DNA of 64,000 nt, from assembly GCA_021613535.1 (NCBI GenBank), contig CP075496.1, positions 1,488,001 through 1,552,000 of the forward strand, given 5' to 3'. Positions 29,644 to 44,423 of the stretch are shown piece by piece. The first letter of the stretch is position 1. Every line of letters begins with the position of its first letter. The translations under genes were made by a program, and so were the position numbers. The stretch comes from Adineta vaga. Lineage: Eukaryota; Animalia; Rotifera. The notes under the pieces were generated by a model. The model ran no database searches. It was given only the letters and a program-made list of their open reading frames with translations, and had not been told where the DNA came from.

Positions 29644-31100
29644 TATCTTTTTTTGGACAAAAGAAAAGATTTTGAGACCTTTGATAGGAGTTAATAATAA
29701 TTATAGAAAAGTCTTAAACTGAAAAATATGATTTCGAAGAAGAAAATAAGAGAAAGGTGAAAACGAGAATAAAAATAGAAAAGCTAATGTACCGAGTTAG
29801 ACAGATGAATACGACTGTAATGGAAAGTCCTGAGTACAAATAGGTTTTATATGGTTATATTTAGTCATAAAAATGTTTTCTTCAGTTGTTTAGATGAAAT
29901 AATTTGACTATTTAATTGGATTTTCTACTTACTTATTTGATCAACGAAAGTTATGAGGTCTTCTTCTATTATGTTAGCAAAAAATGTCTGTACAAAAAAG
30001 CTTATTATCCAAGGTTATGCGAATAGAACGAAGAAAACACGTATAAACAGAAGAAATCGTTTTTTGTTGACAGGGTAAAAGAACACAAGAAAAGAGAATA
30101 ATATTAAGTCGTTATCGACGAGAAAAAATGGTTTCTCGTTTTGATTTCATCTGTTCGGTTTTTCTTCTAGCGAGTCAATGTCTTAGTACATACATTCGAG
30201 GTCAAATATATTAAAGAAAAAGAACATTAACGATTAATTCCGTACGAGAATTCTACGCTCTTGTTTTTCTATTTATACAAACAATTGTTCTTCAATGAAA
30301 TCATTTGCCTATAAACATGTGAGTTGAAAGTCTGTTCTGTTTCTTTTTGAAAGATAAAAATTAAGACTTTTTATTTTCTTTTTTAAGAGAAAAATATTTT
30401 AAGCTAATCACATTTATTTTATATTTAACTGTCTTTTTTAAGACAAAAAGAAAAAAAAGAAAAACCATAATGCACTACGATTATTCATCTAGAATAACTA
30501 ATATCAACGTGACCTATAGAGACACCTACACAGACAATATTATTTCCCTCGAATATCTTTCTCGTCTAACGATACATTCTTTTTTCCTGACGTTTCTTGT
30601 AGGAAGGAATAAAAAAGAAAAGTTGAGTAAATTCCATCAGATTTTCAAATTGATTCTTATTCTTAGGAACGAAATTAAGCGTAAATTACAAGGATCTATT
30701 TTACTAAACTTTTTTTTTAGAAATGTTATTAGCCTCATTTAACATATGAATAGAACGTCTTGCAATCAATTATATATTTTGATATGAAATGTAATTCAAA
30801 CTTTTGGAGAGAAAAAAATCTTGTCTACGTGTTTATATTGTTATGATTAGAATTTGCTCTTAAGCTATAATAATAAAATGAAAGCTGATTGTCAGATACA
30901 ATTAACGGTAGGACATTATTCAAGATTCACGATCAAAGGAAAAGAAAAAAAGACAAATTTACTTAGTTAATTATCATTCTTATTGTAACTTTATTTATCT
31001 CACTTTAAAAACAAAAAGAACCTTTTTGTTTTTGACCTTATCGAACAAAACTGTTCGGCATGATAATTTAGAAGAGTGTTATTTTTTGAAGATTAAATAC

Positions 31101-31117
31101 TGCACCTTGTTTGTCCT
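31101..31117 (-). promoter_or_regulatory. Candidate DR5 nuclear-receptor response element AGGACA-n5-GGTGCA
   Basis: + strand TGCACC TTGTT TGTCCT, about 1.46 kb upstream of the NR gene. Extra half-sites at 30199, 30510, 30910, 31033 and 31173-31184. Confidence 0.3.
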
Positions 31118-32304
31118 GCCTTAATTATATGACTGACGTATAGGTACAATGATAACTGTGCTTTCTTTGCAAAGGACATGACCATAGCCTACGTTTTTAC
31201 TTTTTCTATTCGTATTTTCACATTTTTTTTCTTAACTGCCTGCGATGATATAGGAAAAATGGTCGTTATGGTAAAAGAACAAAAGAAGAAGAAGAAAAAG
31301 AGAAAAAAAAACATGTCAGCTTTTTCTATAATAGAATCATAATGTATTCAAAAACAAACTCGATTTTCTTTTGTCAAATTAGATTAAACACAATCTCAAA
31401 CAATTTCTCTGAATAAAAAATTATTCAAACTTACAGAATTAATTTCTTGTTGTTAATAATTCAATGAATAGAATCTTTGTATAATATTCTGGAAGTATTG
31501 TTTTGATGATATTATCTGAATCAAACAAAAATATATTGTTGACTAGAATATCAATGATAAATGAGTATTTAACAGCAAAAAAAATAAGAACAAAAGAATT
31601 AGTTGGATAACCTTGTCGAATATAATAGTAATATATAATTTTCTTTTTTTACTTACTAACAAACAAAAAACAAAGTAATATAAAGAAAGCATTTATTTTA
31701 CTAGATAATGATTGGTTCAAAGAAATAACGAGTGAAAATGTATCGAAAAGAAAATATTCGTATTTATTATATGAGTAATGATAATTACTAACAAGGTGAG
31801 TATTAATCTGCGCGTATTTCTCGTAGTTTCCAAATGGAGAATATTCTACATATAATTATGACGTATTTTTATTGGATAATACATATTGACAGCTAGCGAC
31901 ATATTTTCATTTGTAACATTGAAGTGTACAGAAAAATCGTGATGTGCACATTAGATGAATAGGGATTCGAATTTTCTTTAAAAACAAACAGTGGTAAGAA
32001 TTTCAATTGAAACAAAACAAACAAAACCAATAATAAATATATTTATTGACATCGAAAAAGAGATGGTATGAAAGTTATGTTTGTTTGTATTTCTGTCAGT
32101 AATAAACTACTTATATCTAAATACTACGAATATCTTAACCGATATTGCACATAAAACATATTTAACTAGAACAATTTGGAAATCATTAGAAATTTTATTT
32201 ACAAAAGAAAAGCTAAGTTATCTGTTAACACAATTTGACGAAGTTTTACTCAACAAAGAAGAAGAACAAACTAAAAAATGAAAGAAAAGAAAAACACAAC
32301 ATAT

Positions 32305-35300
32305 TTATCGTTCAACTCGATAACAATCAATATAATGTGTTGCTCGTTGTTTGATTAAATCTCGTGTATTACGTGCCGTATCGCGTAATTGTTCAAAACG
32401 TTGAATACTTGGCATAGTTTGACGACTTGTATCAAATGTTTTCGATGCATCTAAATAAAGAATTTTGAATATGTTTCCTTCGAAAACGATTAGTCCTACC
32501 ATTAAGTTTTGACTTGTATTGTGCGATCTTTTGTTGTAAAACTTTCACATTTGTATTTAATGTACGTACACGAACAGCAGTTGAACGTGTTTCAGCTGGT
32601 AAATCTTGTTTATCACGTGTATAATTAACAAAATGTGCATTAAGCATAGTTAAATCCTGGAAAATAAAAGAAAAAGGCAAATTTTCAGATTGAATACATT
32701 TTTCAAATAGAAAACAAACTTCAGTTAATTCATCGAGATATTTTGGTAGAAATTCATTCATATTTCGTTCAGTTTCAATAGCAATCACTTCAATAGAATT
32801 TCGAATACTTGAATTCAGTGTTTGTTCAGCACCTTGTAATTGAAACAAACGTTCACGTGTAGCATTTAGATTTTGTTCTGATTTATCAAGTAAATCTGAT
32901 GTCTAAAGAAAGAAGAAATGAATTTAAACGAATAATCATATAGATTCTCACTTGTATAACAGCAGTTTTTAATTCATCAACACGACGATTTGTTTCACTT
33001 GCTAAACGTTTCAATTCATTCGTTTCATTATCAAGTTTTTCGACAAGATCATCAAGTAATTCAATACCAACTTGTTGTTCATTGTATGATCTATTTATTA
33101 AGAAAAACAAATGATGAAATTCTCATTCCATTCAAAGAACTTGACTAAAGTAACATAAAGACCAATCAAAAGTATTCATGTCTTTGTATTACTCATCATT
33201 CTCTTATCTCACATTTTTCGTACGTTTGTAACGTAACAGAACATCAAAGAGTCAAAAAAACATTCTAACCTCATCGAGGGAGATAAGAAAAACTAATTTG
33301 AAACCTATGCTTGAAGAATATAGAAAATTATCTTACCGGACATAAGTTGCTAAATCATTTTCAATGGTTTGTGCTCGATTTAATTTTAATGTTGCATCAC
33401 GGATTTTTTCAGATTCATCACCTGTTTGACTACTTTTTTGTGCTTGTTCAACTAATGATCGAATATCTCGAATAGTTTCTTCTAAATAATTTGGTCTTAA
33501 TGTGATTTGTTTAGTTAGTATTCGATCGATTAATTCTCGAATATCAGCTGGTTTACGATCATGTAAAATATCAGTTAAATTCATGATTTGTTGTTGAATT
33601 AAATCAATATTTGTACTTGTTTCATTTAATGTTAGATTAAACGAAACAAATCTTTGTTGTTCATGAAGAATATCTGTAAAAATTTGACTAATATCTTTCT
33701 CAATTTCATATTGACGTACATAAATTCCATTTGTTTCATCTTGTTTTATTGAAAGTTCTTTCTGAGTAGAATTTATTGTATCTAATAATTGATTTAATTG
33801 TCCATGAATACTTGTTGAACATTGATATGTAGAATTTGCACATGTAGATTGACATCCTTCACCACCACAGATCGAACATTGATCATTTTGAATACCACGT
33901 GAACCACAAAGAAGTTCACTAACATTACCCTAAATTGATTTAAAATTAAAAGAAAATTTTCAATTCATTCAATTTACTTTATTCACATATTTTTCATTAA
34001 AATCATCATAAATTTGCGTGAAATTTTTAATTTGTTCTTGTGTTTGTTGATTTTTTAATCGATGTTCTTCATTATTTGCCATGATACTTTCATTTAATCG
34101 TTCTAATCGAATTTGTTGTTGAGAACTAAAATCTTTCAATTGTATTAATTGTTGTTTAATTTCACCTAATTCTTGTTCAACTGTTTGTGCACTAATACCA
34201 GCTGATTGTAGATCAGCATGTTTAGCACGACTGAATTGTTTATTATAAAAATCAATTAATTTATAAGTTTCATCGATAACATTGGTTGTATGAGAAAGTT
34301 CTTCTTCAAAACGAAAACGTTTAGTTTGATTGAGAAATTCTGGTTGAAATTCATCATTTAATAACGATGTTAAACGATTGATTCGATCAATAATTGTTTG
34401 ATATTTATAACGATAAGGATCCAGTTCTTGTGAAGTATATTTCAGTCCAAGAGAAATTTGTGATTGATCAAGTAAAGAATCTACTTGTTCGAAAAGATAA
34501 CCATTGGTAATGGATTCAAGTTGACGTATTTCAACGGAATTTAAACGATCAATTGAACTTTGTACTTGACTTGTTACACTATTTATAATTGTATCCCAAT
34601 TTGTAAAACAAGCACCACAAGTTGAACAATATGGTACAACACCATATTTTGCACGTGCACAACGATCACATAATTGACCAGTTACACCTGGTTTACATGT
34701 ACATTGACCTGTTTGAGGATCACATTCAGAACTAAGTGCACCATCATTTGAACATTGACATGGTTGACATGCGTTTGGATCTCCATAGGTACCTGGAGGA
34801 CATTGATCACAGCGGAGCCCACCACGATTTGGTTTACAACGACATTGTCCAGTAAATTTATCACAAACAGATGATTCACTTCCATCAGGATCACATTTAC
34901 AATCTGAACAATAACCACGACCTAATCCCCAATAACCATCCACACATTGTGAACAACGTCGACCTGTTTTGGTATCTTCAACATGTTCTTTACAAATACA
35001 TGCACCTGTTCGACTATTACAAATTTGATCTGCTACACCACCAATACCACAATCACATGAAATACATTTATCGGATCCAAGTGCATCACCATAAAAACCT
35101 GCACGGCATATTTCACAATTTGGACCACCTGTATTATATAAACATTTTGAACATAAACCTGTACGACGATCACATGATTCAGGATCATCAACATTGATAT
35201 TATTATTACAAGAACATGGTTGACATTGACCACCTGGTTCTGTTGGTGAACCATAATAAGCTATAGCACATTGAGAACATCGCGGACCAGTATAACCTGG

Positions 35301-38300
35301 TCGACAACGACACATTACTTGTTGTGTATACGGATCTTGAACACATGAATCACCAAATTGTTGAATTGAACCAGGCCCTCCTATTTTCATTCAAAAACAA
35401 ATAAACAAGAAACTTCATTTCATTCAAATTCAATTATATCAATCTGTTTACCTGGACACATGCATGGTTTACACACTTGTGCTGAACCTAATCTTGCATC
35501 TCCATAATATCCTTCTGCACATTTTTCACAATGATCACCACCTGTTGAATCTCGACAATTCATACAAACACCTGTTTCAGGATCGCATGTATCACTATGT
35601 CCATTACATTCACATCGTTGACATGATGGAAAATTCCAATAACCTGGTGAACATGTACTACAATCTCGTCCTGATATATTCGGTCGACAATAACAAGCAC
35701 CATTAATAACATTACATAGATTATTCAATGCACCCATATTATGACAATTACATTTTGTACAGCCATCTGGTGAAAAATGATAAGAACCCGGTACACATAA
35801 ATGACATTTTGTACCCATAACATATGGTTTACATGGACATTGACCACCAATAGGATCACATTGTGTATTAATAGAACCAGTTGGATCACAATCACAAGCT
35901 TTATTGAGAAATTACAAATGAAAATGTTTTATCAGATAAACGTTTCTACTTACGTAATGTTCGTCCAATCGTTAATGCACTTAAACCACAGATAATTTTT
36001 TGACAAACTTCAGGTAATTCAACATGTTGTGTTACAGTTAATGCTAATTGTTTACATTGTTGTGTTTCATAATCATTTATTAATAATGGATATTTTGTAA
36101 ACATATCAATTTTATCAATGACTGGAATAAATACAATCTAAAAATAAACAAAATATATCATTATCATATACAAATATATTCTTTTACCGAATCAATACTA
36201 ATCACGGGATCACGTGGATTATCTCCATGACCATATTTTATTAATTGTAATTGTAATTTATAATGTTCATTTTCATTTAAACATAATGGTTTTGATAATT
36301 CATTAAATGTTTGGTCTATAATCATATGATATGATATTCATTCGAATTCAATAGATTCTATTGAAGTTATACATACTTGTTGGTAATTTAAATATTTGTT
36401 CTTGTTCATAGGTTTGATTACCACATAAGGTAATGTTTGGTTGAGTTCGATTTTGTGATATTACAACAATACGTGTATTTTCCCATGTATTTGGCTATGA
36501 AATAAAAACAACGAATCAATCATCTTTTTCATAACAAAGAATTATTGAAATCTTATCTTACCGCTGGTACATATCGTACAATTAAATTATAAAGACCCGT
36601 TCGAGCCATATGATAGATATCAAATTCCAACATACCACCTTCATATATTCGAACAATACTTGTACCTGTCCATGAACGTTGTTCATTCGGATTATCATAA
36701 GTAAATATAATAGATTTCTTTTTATGAGAAAAGAGAAAAACAATAATATTGGTCAAAAATTGAATAAAACGATCCAAAAGAAACCTACCTTTTCTTCTAC
36801 TCGAGCTAATTCTGCTTCATAAGTGAAGAATTGTAAACCAGCACAATAAGTTCCCGCTGTTGGTGTATCACATTGTCGTCCAATCATACCTTCTCGACAT
36901 GGACACTGACCTGTATTAATATCACACTGTAATGAATATGAACCGCCTGGAAAACATGAACATGGTCGACAACCATCCGGAGAATTTTCATTTAAACCAT
37001 AATAATTTTCCTATAAAAGAAAAAAAAATCAATATTTTAATGTAATCGCATAGTTTCACTTCATACTTGACATTGATCACAGCGTTGTCCAACAATATGT
37101 GGTTTACATTGACACATACCAGTTGTCGTATCACATTGCTTATCAATAATACCATAAGGATGACAATCACAAGCTTGACGAAAAAGAAAATTTAATGATT
37201 AGACTTTGATTAAAAAAAACAGGACAAGATACCTTGACATCCTTGAGGATTATTATAATCAAGATTAAAATATCCTGCTTTACATTTATCACAACGTTGT
37301 CCCTCAACAAATTCTTTACAAATACATTGACCTGCATGAAGTTTCAATTGTGGATCATCATATTGAACACAACTGCCCTTATTTCTTGTACCATATGCAT
37401 CACAATTACATGCTAAAGAAAGAATCATTCAAAAACAAACATAAACTTTTCTTTCTTCATTCCAATACATACGTTTACAAACATGTGGATCAGTAATTGG
37501 AAGAGAATTATCTTTATAAAAAAGATCTTTACAAAATTCACAACGTGGACCACTAGTATTATGTTCACAATCTTCACAAACACCACCTGATGTATAATTC
37601 GTTTGTGCATATCGAACAGCATCAAAACGACATCGTTTTGCATGACCATGACATTCACATAAACGACAAGGATTAGGATGACCAATTCGAGCTGGAAGCC
37701 ATTGACGATCATTGTACAAATCAGCACAACGTTCACAATTTAAACCTTCAGTATGATGTGTACAATTACATCGACCATAGACCTACAATTATCAATAGGA
37801 AAACGGAGAAAGACTATCAAATGAAATACTTTGCCAATAGTTGTAATATTTCCTTTTAATTCGTCTTCTGTTGGTATACATCGTTTTGCATGACCATAAC
37901 ATGAACATGATCCACGTACAACCATTTCATAAAGAGCATAATAATATTTTGGTGTTGTTTCTTGTCGATTATCTAAATAATTATCACCTAATGTATGTAA
38001 TTTTGTAAAATTAATACGTAAATTTGTTATTTTAATCAATTCTTGAATAGTTGGTGAATAAGGATCACGATTGCCAATTGTACTTGGTGAAAGTACACGA
38101 AAAACAACCTAAGAATAAAGTTATATTGTATCAGTTGATTTTCAATTTATTCAAAATTCATTCAACTAACTTCTCCTCCTGTTGATGGTGTGTCATCGGA
38201 ATAACGACTTTCACAATAGGGTTGATCAGGTGATGGTAAAGTGGAAACATAAGGAAATTGATTTGCACATGATGCAGCGAAATATGCGTAAACTCTCCAA

Positions 38301-38943
38301 GTTTTACCAAAATCTGCACTTTTCTCAATAATCATTCCTTTTGGTCGAAATGTTCGAAATTTCATAATTAAATGAGTAAAAACAAATTCAGCTTCAAGAT
38401 TCAATTGTATTGTCACATTTTCTCGATCATTTTGGGCTTGCCACCATGCTTGAGTATGTTTATTGAGATCACCTGGTGTTCGTGCAACAATTTGATCAAT
38501 TGTATGAGATTTATTCACAACTTTAACATCACATACATCACAACTAACATTTTTCAAATTTCCAATAAAACAATAACGTTCAGGACGACGAAGACCACAG
38601 GTTGAACTAGCATAAAGATTTGCTGATCGACCAATTAATAGATCACCTGTTGCAGGATAACAACCACCATGATCACAATCGGGTGTCAATGAACTTCCAC
38701 CATAAGTCGGTGGACGAGTTGATGTTGTAGACGGACGACGACGTCGAATAGGATTTACATTAAAAGATGATGGAGGAGATGTGAATATATCGATTTCACT
38801 GTGCGTAGAAACTAAAAATTTTAAAATTTAATTTTTGTTTTTCATTATTTCTCTAAATATTTACCAATTAATTCGAAAAGGATTAGAATATTGAAAATAA
38901 AATACCAGTATTGGTATCGTTTACATAGGAAATCGATGGACAT
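32305..38943 (-). CDS. LAMB1: Laminin subunit beta
   Basis: LN domain [13 protein letters not shown]...[21 protein letters not shown] and [20 protein letters not shown]. Laminin-EGF repeats, LF/IV domain ([11 protein letters not shown]), coiled coil interrupted by a Cys-rich Lbeta knob, terminal YIDC. Confidence 0.95.
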
Positions 38944-39260
38944 TTCTCTCATTGTTTGAATACGTATAAAAATCGTTATTACGCGTAAGTATGTGAGCGC
39001 AAGCGTCTGCTCAGCTCACGTATATTGAATGAATGGTTATCTTGCATATGCACAAAGACGTAGAGTGTTCAATCTCGTCCCGGGTCAAAGCAATTCTCTT
39101 TCTTTTCATCGTTCTTTACTTTACTATACAATGATTATGACTACAACCACAGCTATTCTTGATACGATATTGTATATCAGGTCCGAACAGTCAGTTCGTT
39201 CTCGCATCATCGACGACGATGGGCAATGGCGAGAAAGAGTATACGCGAGAGGGAGAGAAT

Positions 39261-39288
39261 GAAAGAAAGAAAGAAAGAAAGAAAGAAA
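39261..39288. repeat. (GAAA)n microsatellite upstream of laminin beta
   Basis: Seven GAAA units. Confidence 0.85.
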
Positions 39289-40641
39289 GTCTAGTTGTTA
39301 TATAATCGCATATATCATAAAGAAAGGCATGAAATAAAAAGTTTAACGTTCATCGCGTTCATATTTTAACATTTATTTCACTAATGGTCAGTAATGAACG
39401 AAAATATGGACATCTTTTTTTCTCTCTCTCATAAATACGAATAAGATATCGGATATCTTTAACCACTCTTATACTGATAGGCAAAAAATATTTTGAATGA
39501 ATGATAAGAAAGATATCAGTATGTTTAACAAATACGAAAAAATGAATAATTCAACTAAATGATTGTAAAATTTCGTTGTTGAATTAAACAATAATTCTAT
39601 TGAATATTTGTTCTTAGAAACATTGTTGTTAATTCATCCTATCTTTGAAAATAATGTCTAACTTCATTCCGTTTATTTTGATTAAATGTGTATTAATTCA
39701 GTAAAGATAATAGATTCCTAAAACGGCTAGAATACATAACATTTTCTCGAGATAGAACTATTTGCAATCTCGTAATATTTTGTCTTGGAATAATTTTTTA
39801 TCTTCATCTTTCCCTTCGACCTGTTCGATGCAAAGTAGCATTCAAATAATGAGAATTATTATCTAAATCAAAAAAAAACAGTCTACTTCCAAACATAATC
39901 ACAGATATCCAAAACGATTCATAAAAAAGCATAAGAATTGCATCAATATTTGACAAAAGAACGTGGTTTATTTATAAACTTGTTGATTCACTAATTCTTC
40001 TTTTTACTATTATTAGAAAAATCTCAATCTGTCAATATTATTATAAATTTTTTTCTCCAACAGATTTATTATCAATATTCCATATGTTCAATTTGATCAA
40101 ACATTGCATTTTTCGATATGTTACTCTGTGTAAGGTCGCATAACAATATGAAGAGGAAAAGGTTGAACATAGTCTCACGTTTTAATTTCATACGTATTCA
40201 ATTACCTTGATCTTCTTTCGTAATCAATCGTTTAAACATCTTCTAGACATACAATCAGTGTTTCTTTCTCTCTTTGTTTCGTCTATCATTGATATCGAAT
40301 TCTTTTCTTTCGTTAATGATTACTTATATCTCTATAAACTACAAACGATCATTCTTGTTGTAAAATACGAACACACGTTGCCTTTTTTCCTCGATAATAT
40401 TGATAATAATAAAAAAGTAAGTTTTTATCAGGCAAATATTTTCTTTTCTCTTCGTTTGACTAACATCAAAATCCTGCTTAGAGAAAAGTAAAGATATCAA
40501 TTAATCCATTGTATATCTGAGTCAGCTGTCGACAGGGAACAGTTGTTTTTTTCTCTTCTTCTATTGTCAGGTGTTGTATGAATGAATATACTGGAGTAGA
40601 GAAAAAGAAAAACAAAATTCATTTTTTTATTTTATTTAGTG

Positions 40642-41079
40642 ATGCCCAAACGAGTAATGAATTCAATTGAAATAGCGAATCCACCAGCAACATTAGATCA
40701 TGGCCATTCAACATTTAATCGTTATGCAACGAAGAAAACTTTAGCGAATAGTAGTTTTGAATTAGCATTATTGGTAACAAATGCTGTTCAATTGAAAACT
40801 TTATTGGGAAATAAAGCTAATCAAGATGCACTTTGGTTTGTTGGACTTTCACTTGTCTGTTTTTCATTATTTATTCAAGTGATTAATGCATGTATTTTGG
40901 TCTTAATGGGTACTGATGATATATCGCGAGAACAACGACAACGTCGTTTAATCTCATTGAATAATTTTTCGTTGATTCTATCCGTTCTTTTAGCAGTTGT
41001 CAATGTTGTTTTAAATGTTATCGTTGCTGTTGATCCGCAAATTCTTGCAACGACAATCAATGCAACAAAAATTGCTTAA
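40642..41079 (+). CDS. NINJ: Ninjurin
   Basis: NRYATKKTLA...LALLVTNAVQLK amphipathic helices plus two TM segments (SLFIQV; LNN...VVNVV). Confidence 0.88.
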   Translation: MPKRVMNSIEIANPPATLDHGHSTFNRYATKKTLANSSFELALLVTNAVQLKTLLGNKANQDALWFVGLSLVCFSLFIQVINACILVLMGTDDISREQRQRRLISLNNFSLILSVLLAVVNVVLNVIVAVDPQILATTINATKIA

Positions 41080-41152
41080 AAATATATTCGTATTTAAACA
41101 TTTGTTTTTGTCCGTTTTTATTGAAAATATATTATCAAATAAACAAAAAATT

Positions 41153-41755
41153 CTAATCACATCGACCATCAGTTGGTCCATCTTTCCATCGTTCTAAAAC
41201 TTTTCGACAATCAAACTCCGATTTTCCTAATTTTTTATTCACAATATTATGTTGATTACACATCCATGTTGAAAGACCCAGACGACTCGATAAATCCGGT
41301 GGAGATTTCTCAATTTCTTCTTGAAAATCAGCTCGACATTCAGGACAAGGAAATAATTTCGAAAATGAATGAAGAAATTCCGACATGGTTTCTTGTTCTT
41401 CTTTTTTCGCTTGTTTAGGATAATAAGCAGCCATTGTATGAAGTAATGACCATGATGCACGACCTAAATCATCCCGCATCAATGGGCAATCAGAATTTAT
41501 TGAGACCTGTTGTTCAATTGTTGATTTGTGGTGAGTTTGAGTAGTAGGACCTTGTTTTAACCAATCTTTGAAATCAACACAAGCTTTACAAGGTTTCTCA
41601 GTATGATTATCATCGATGTCTGAATAGACTTTTGAATATTCATGCTGTTCATTAACTGGATTAAATTGATTTTCCGTCGGTTGTTTTGTTCCACGTTGAC
41701 GACGTTCATACCCACCGCCACTTGACGAATTCGGATCGATAAATTTGTTAAACAT
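41153..41755 (-). CDS. GFER: FAD-linked sulfhydryl oxidase ALR/Erv1, intronless (start could be 41782)
   Basis: Shuttle motif KPCKACVDFKDW, LGRASWSLLHTMAAYYP, redox CPEC, WMCNQHNIVNKKLGK..FDC. Confidence 0.93.
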   Translation of the reverse strand: MFNKFIDPNSSSGGGYERRQRGTKQPTENQFNPVNEQHEYSKVYSDIDDNHTEKPCKACVDFKDWLKQGPTTQTHHKSTIEQQVSINSDCPLMRDDLGRASWSLLHTMAAYYPKQAKKEEQETMSEFLHSFSKLFPCPECRADFQEEIEKSPPDLSSRLGLSTWMCNQHNIVNKKLGKSEFDCRKVLERWKDGPTDGRCD

Positions 41756-41900
41756 ACAAAATAAAAATCTAAAACTTTCCATTGAAATCAATTTGTTCAA
41801 TTGATTAGAAAAATTCTATTCATTCTTATCAATTTATTTTCATTCTGAATTTACAATTCAATTTATAATAAAATAAAAAAAGTATCAAAATTTGGACGGT

Positions 41901-44216
41901 TCAAAAGCTTTCAACTGTTACATCTTCATTATGAATCGATTTCGTAACATGTTTTCTTTCTTCTTTCTTCGAATCATATCGATGTAATTTCTTCACAGCA
42001 TTTTGTCTCAAATGTCTTTTACTTTCCAAATTATTCTCCCGAATAAATACCAACTAAAAAAACAAAACAAAACACCCTCGAGAAGATTCTTTTATCAAAA
42101 TTTTACTTGTTTTTCAGCCAATCCTTCATGTCGTAATTTATAAGCAACAATAAGAAATGTTACACCAAGAAAATATATCAAACCGGGTGATGTTAGAAAA
42201 TTAATAATCGATATCCATAAAACAGATGCTTTATAATCATAAACAAAATTGCCCATAATTTCATAGGAACCATTCAAATGACGAAATGGTCCGCAAGTCT
42301 CACTTGGTTTGATTTGTGTTGTAAACACAGCGAAACATGTTGCACTGACAATTAGAAGAAAATAAGCGAGAAGATAGATTAAATATTCCAAACGATATGC
42401 ATTCCAAATAAAAACACGTTTATAAGAATCGGAACGACGTGAACGAAGAAATAAATAAAAACGATGAGAAAGAAATGAAAAGAAGATGTTTAATAATATC
42501 ATTATGGATAGAAGAGGTGAAAAATATATGCCAATCCAAATAAGAAATTGACTGTAGAGTAATACAGGTGGACTTAATTGAACATGAAGATTAATTCCAT
42601 CAAAATCACGATTCTTTTTTCCAGATAAGAAATCAAATAAAAGACCAAAGAATAATGGAAATGTCAATGAAGCAAACAGATCTACAAGATTTTATTCATT
42701 TAGATTTTCATAATTAACAATATTTACCTGCTAATAATAAAATATAGATATATTGACCATAAGCTGTTTCATAACAAGATGGTGTATTGATGAAAAAATA
42801 TATTGTAAAGGAGAGAATTGTACAAACATTCAGGAAAATACATCTGAAAGAATAAAATTTCATTCAATTAATCCAATTATCATAACATACAACATTCAGC
42901 AAGTTCTTTGAAATCTCTCAAATGTTTCTTTCTTATTGTAGAACTCATATAAATTCTTTGAGTATACAATTACTAACCTTGTTCCTACCACATCTAATTT
43001 ATATGACAAATATTTATATTGTTCAACTTGTGTTAATATTGCAATGATATATGGTACTAATCGATTGATTAAAGCTAAATAAATAATCGATTGATGACAA
43101 TCAACAGTTGGTTGATCACAATAAGATAAGATCATCCAGTTAAGTGCACCTTTGAAAATATGATGAAGAAGAAAAAAAAACTTTGTTCGTTCAAATGAGA
43201 TATATGTGATTTACCTAATGCCAAAGCTAAAAGGATATAAAATAAGTTTGTGACAATCAATTTGAATTTATAATTATAAGATTTAAATTCATTAAAAGGT
43301 ACTTTTTGTATTCGTTCATCATTTTCAATTAAATCTAAATATAATCTTTGAAAAATAGTTCGATGCTTTTGATTTTCACGATTCGATTGAACTGTATAAT
43401 CATTTCGTGCAAATGTTAACATAAAACCAATTCCTAATTTCGTTGTTAATATCGAATGAAAAACTTTCTGTTTATAAGTCGATGCAAAACGTATGGTAAT
43501 AAAAATAAACCAAATAAAAAAATAGAAGTATGTTGTAAGAAAATAGATCAATGATAAATCATATTTATCATTAAGAATTCCATATGGATATGAACCTTGG
43601 AAAAGAACTGACTCAGCTAAATAACCTTTCGTTGTAAATAACGATGAAAAAGTAAAGGATTGATTGGATACTGTCGATGGAGATGTAACAATTTTGTATG
43701 GAATTGTAATTAATGAAAGCCAAAGAATGAATGTAAGTAGATTAATAAGAAAAAATCCATGTTGAAGGTGAAATATTGCACATACACCGGAACCATATTG
43801 TCGTTCAACAGAGGGAATTGTTGGTAGGTGGAAACGAAATCGACGTCGACGTTTTATATTTGCTGTTGGATCAAATACGAAATTAGCAAGATTATGAAAT
43901 CGATCATTGCGATCGGTTTCATCTTGACGAATATGACGAAGAAGTAAAAATTTCAATGACAATGGCCAATCAAGTTTAACACGAATATAATAAATGATTT
44001 TCGAAAAATCTTGATCAAATTCTTTACATAAAACTTCAGCTGTTTGACGATAGATTTCTAAAGTAAATATTTAATTTATTCAAGAATTCTTTAGTTGTCA
44101 ATCGAATCTTTTCTATTCTCACCATCTTCATTTATCGGTCGTTTTTCTAACAAAACTCGATGTTGATTCAAAATACTCTGTAAATTTCCCGCTTGACGTA
44201 CCGCTTCCGTCGCCAT
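41901..44216 (-). CDS. Transmembrane channel-like (TMC) protein, compact and divergent
   Basis: VERQYGSGV...INL, GYLAESVLFQGSY, CYETAYGQ (TMC CWET motif variant), LLYSQFLIWIGIYFSPLL, PSETCGPFR. Confidence 0.85.
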
Positions 44217-44423
44217 CTGAAATTATCACGGAAGACAATAAAGTAACAACGAATTTTTTTCGTTAACTTTTACGACGAATATATCCTATCGAATCGACTG
44301 AAAAAAGAACTTTTTCGATGAAAGACTCTTCATAGAAGATAAGGAACGAAAAGAAAAAGAATAACAGTAACAACATTTCTTTTTTTTTCATACAAAAAAA
44401 AAAACAGTATAACAAGAATATAT

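Noticed and set aside
34682-38605. Overlapping and antisense ORFs inside laminin (e.g. 34871-35197 +, 35033-35254 -, 38372-38605 +)
   Set aside because: They are shadows of the Cys-rich laminin-EGF codon pattern and have no independent protein features.
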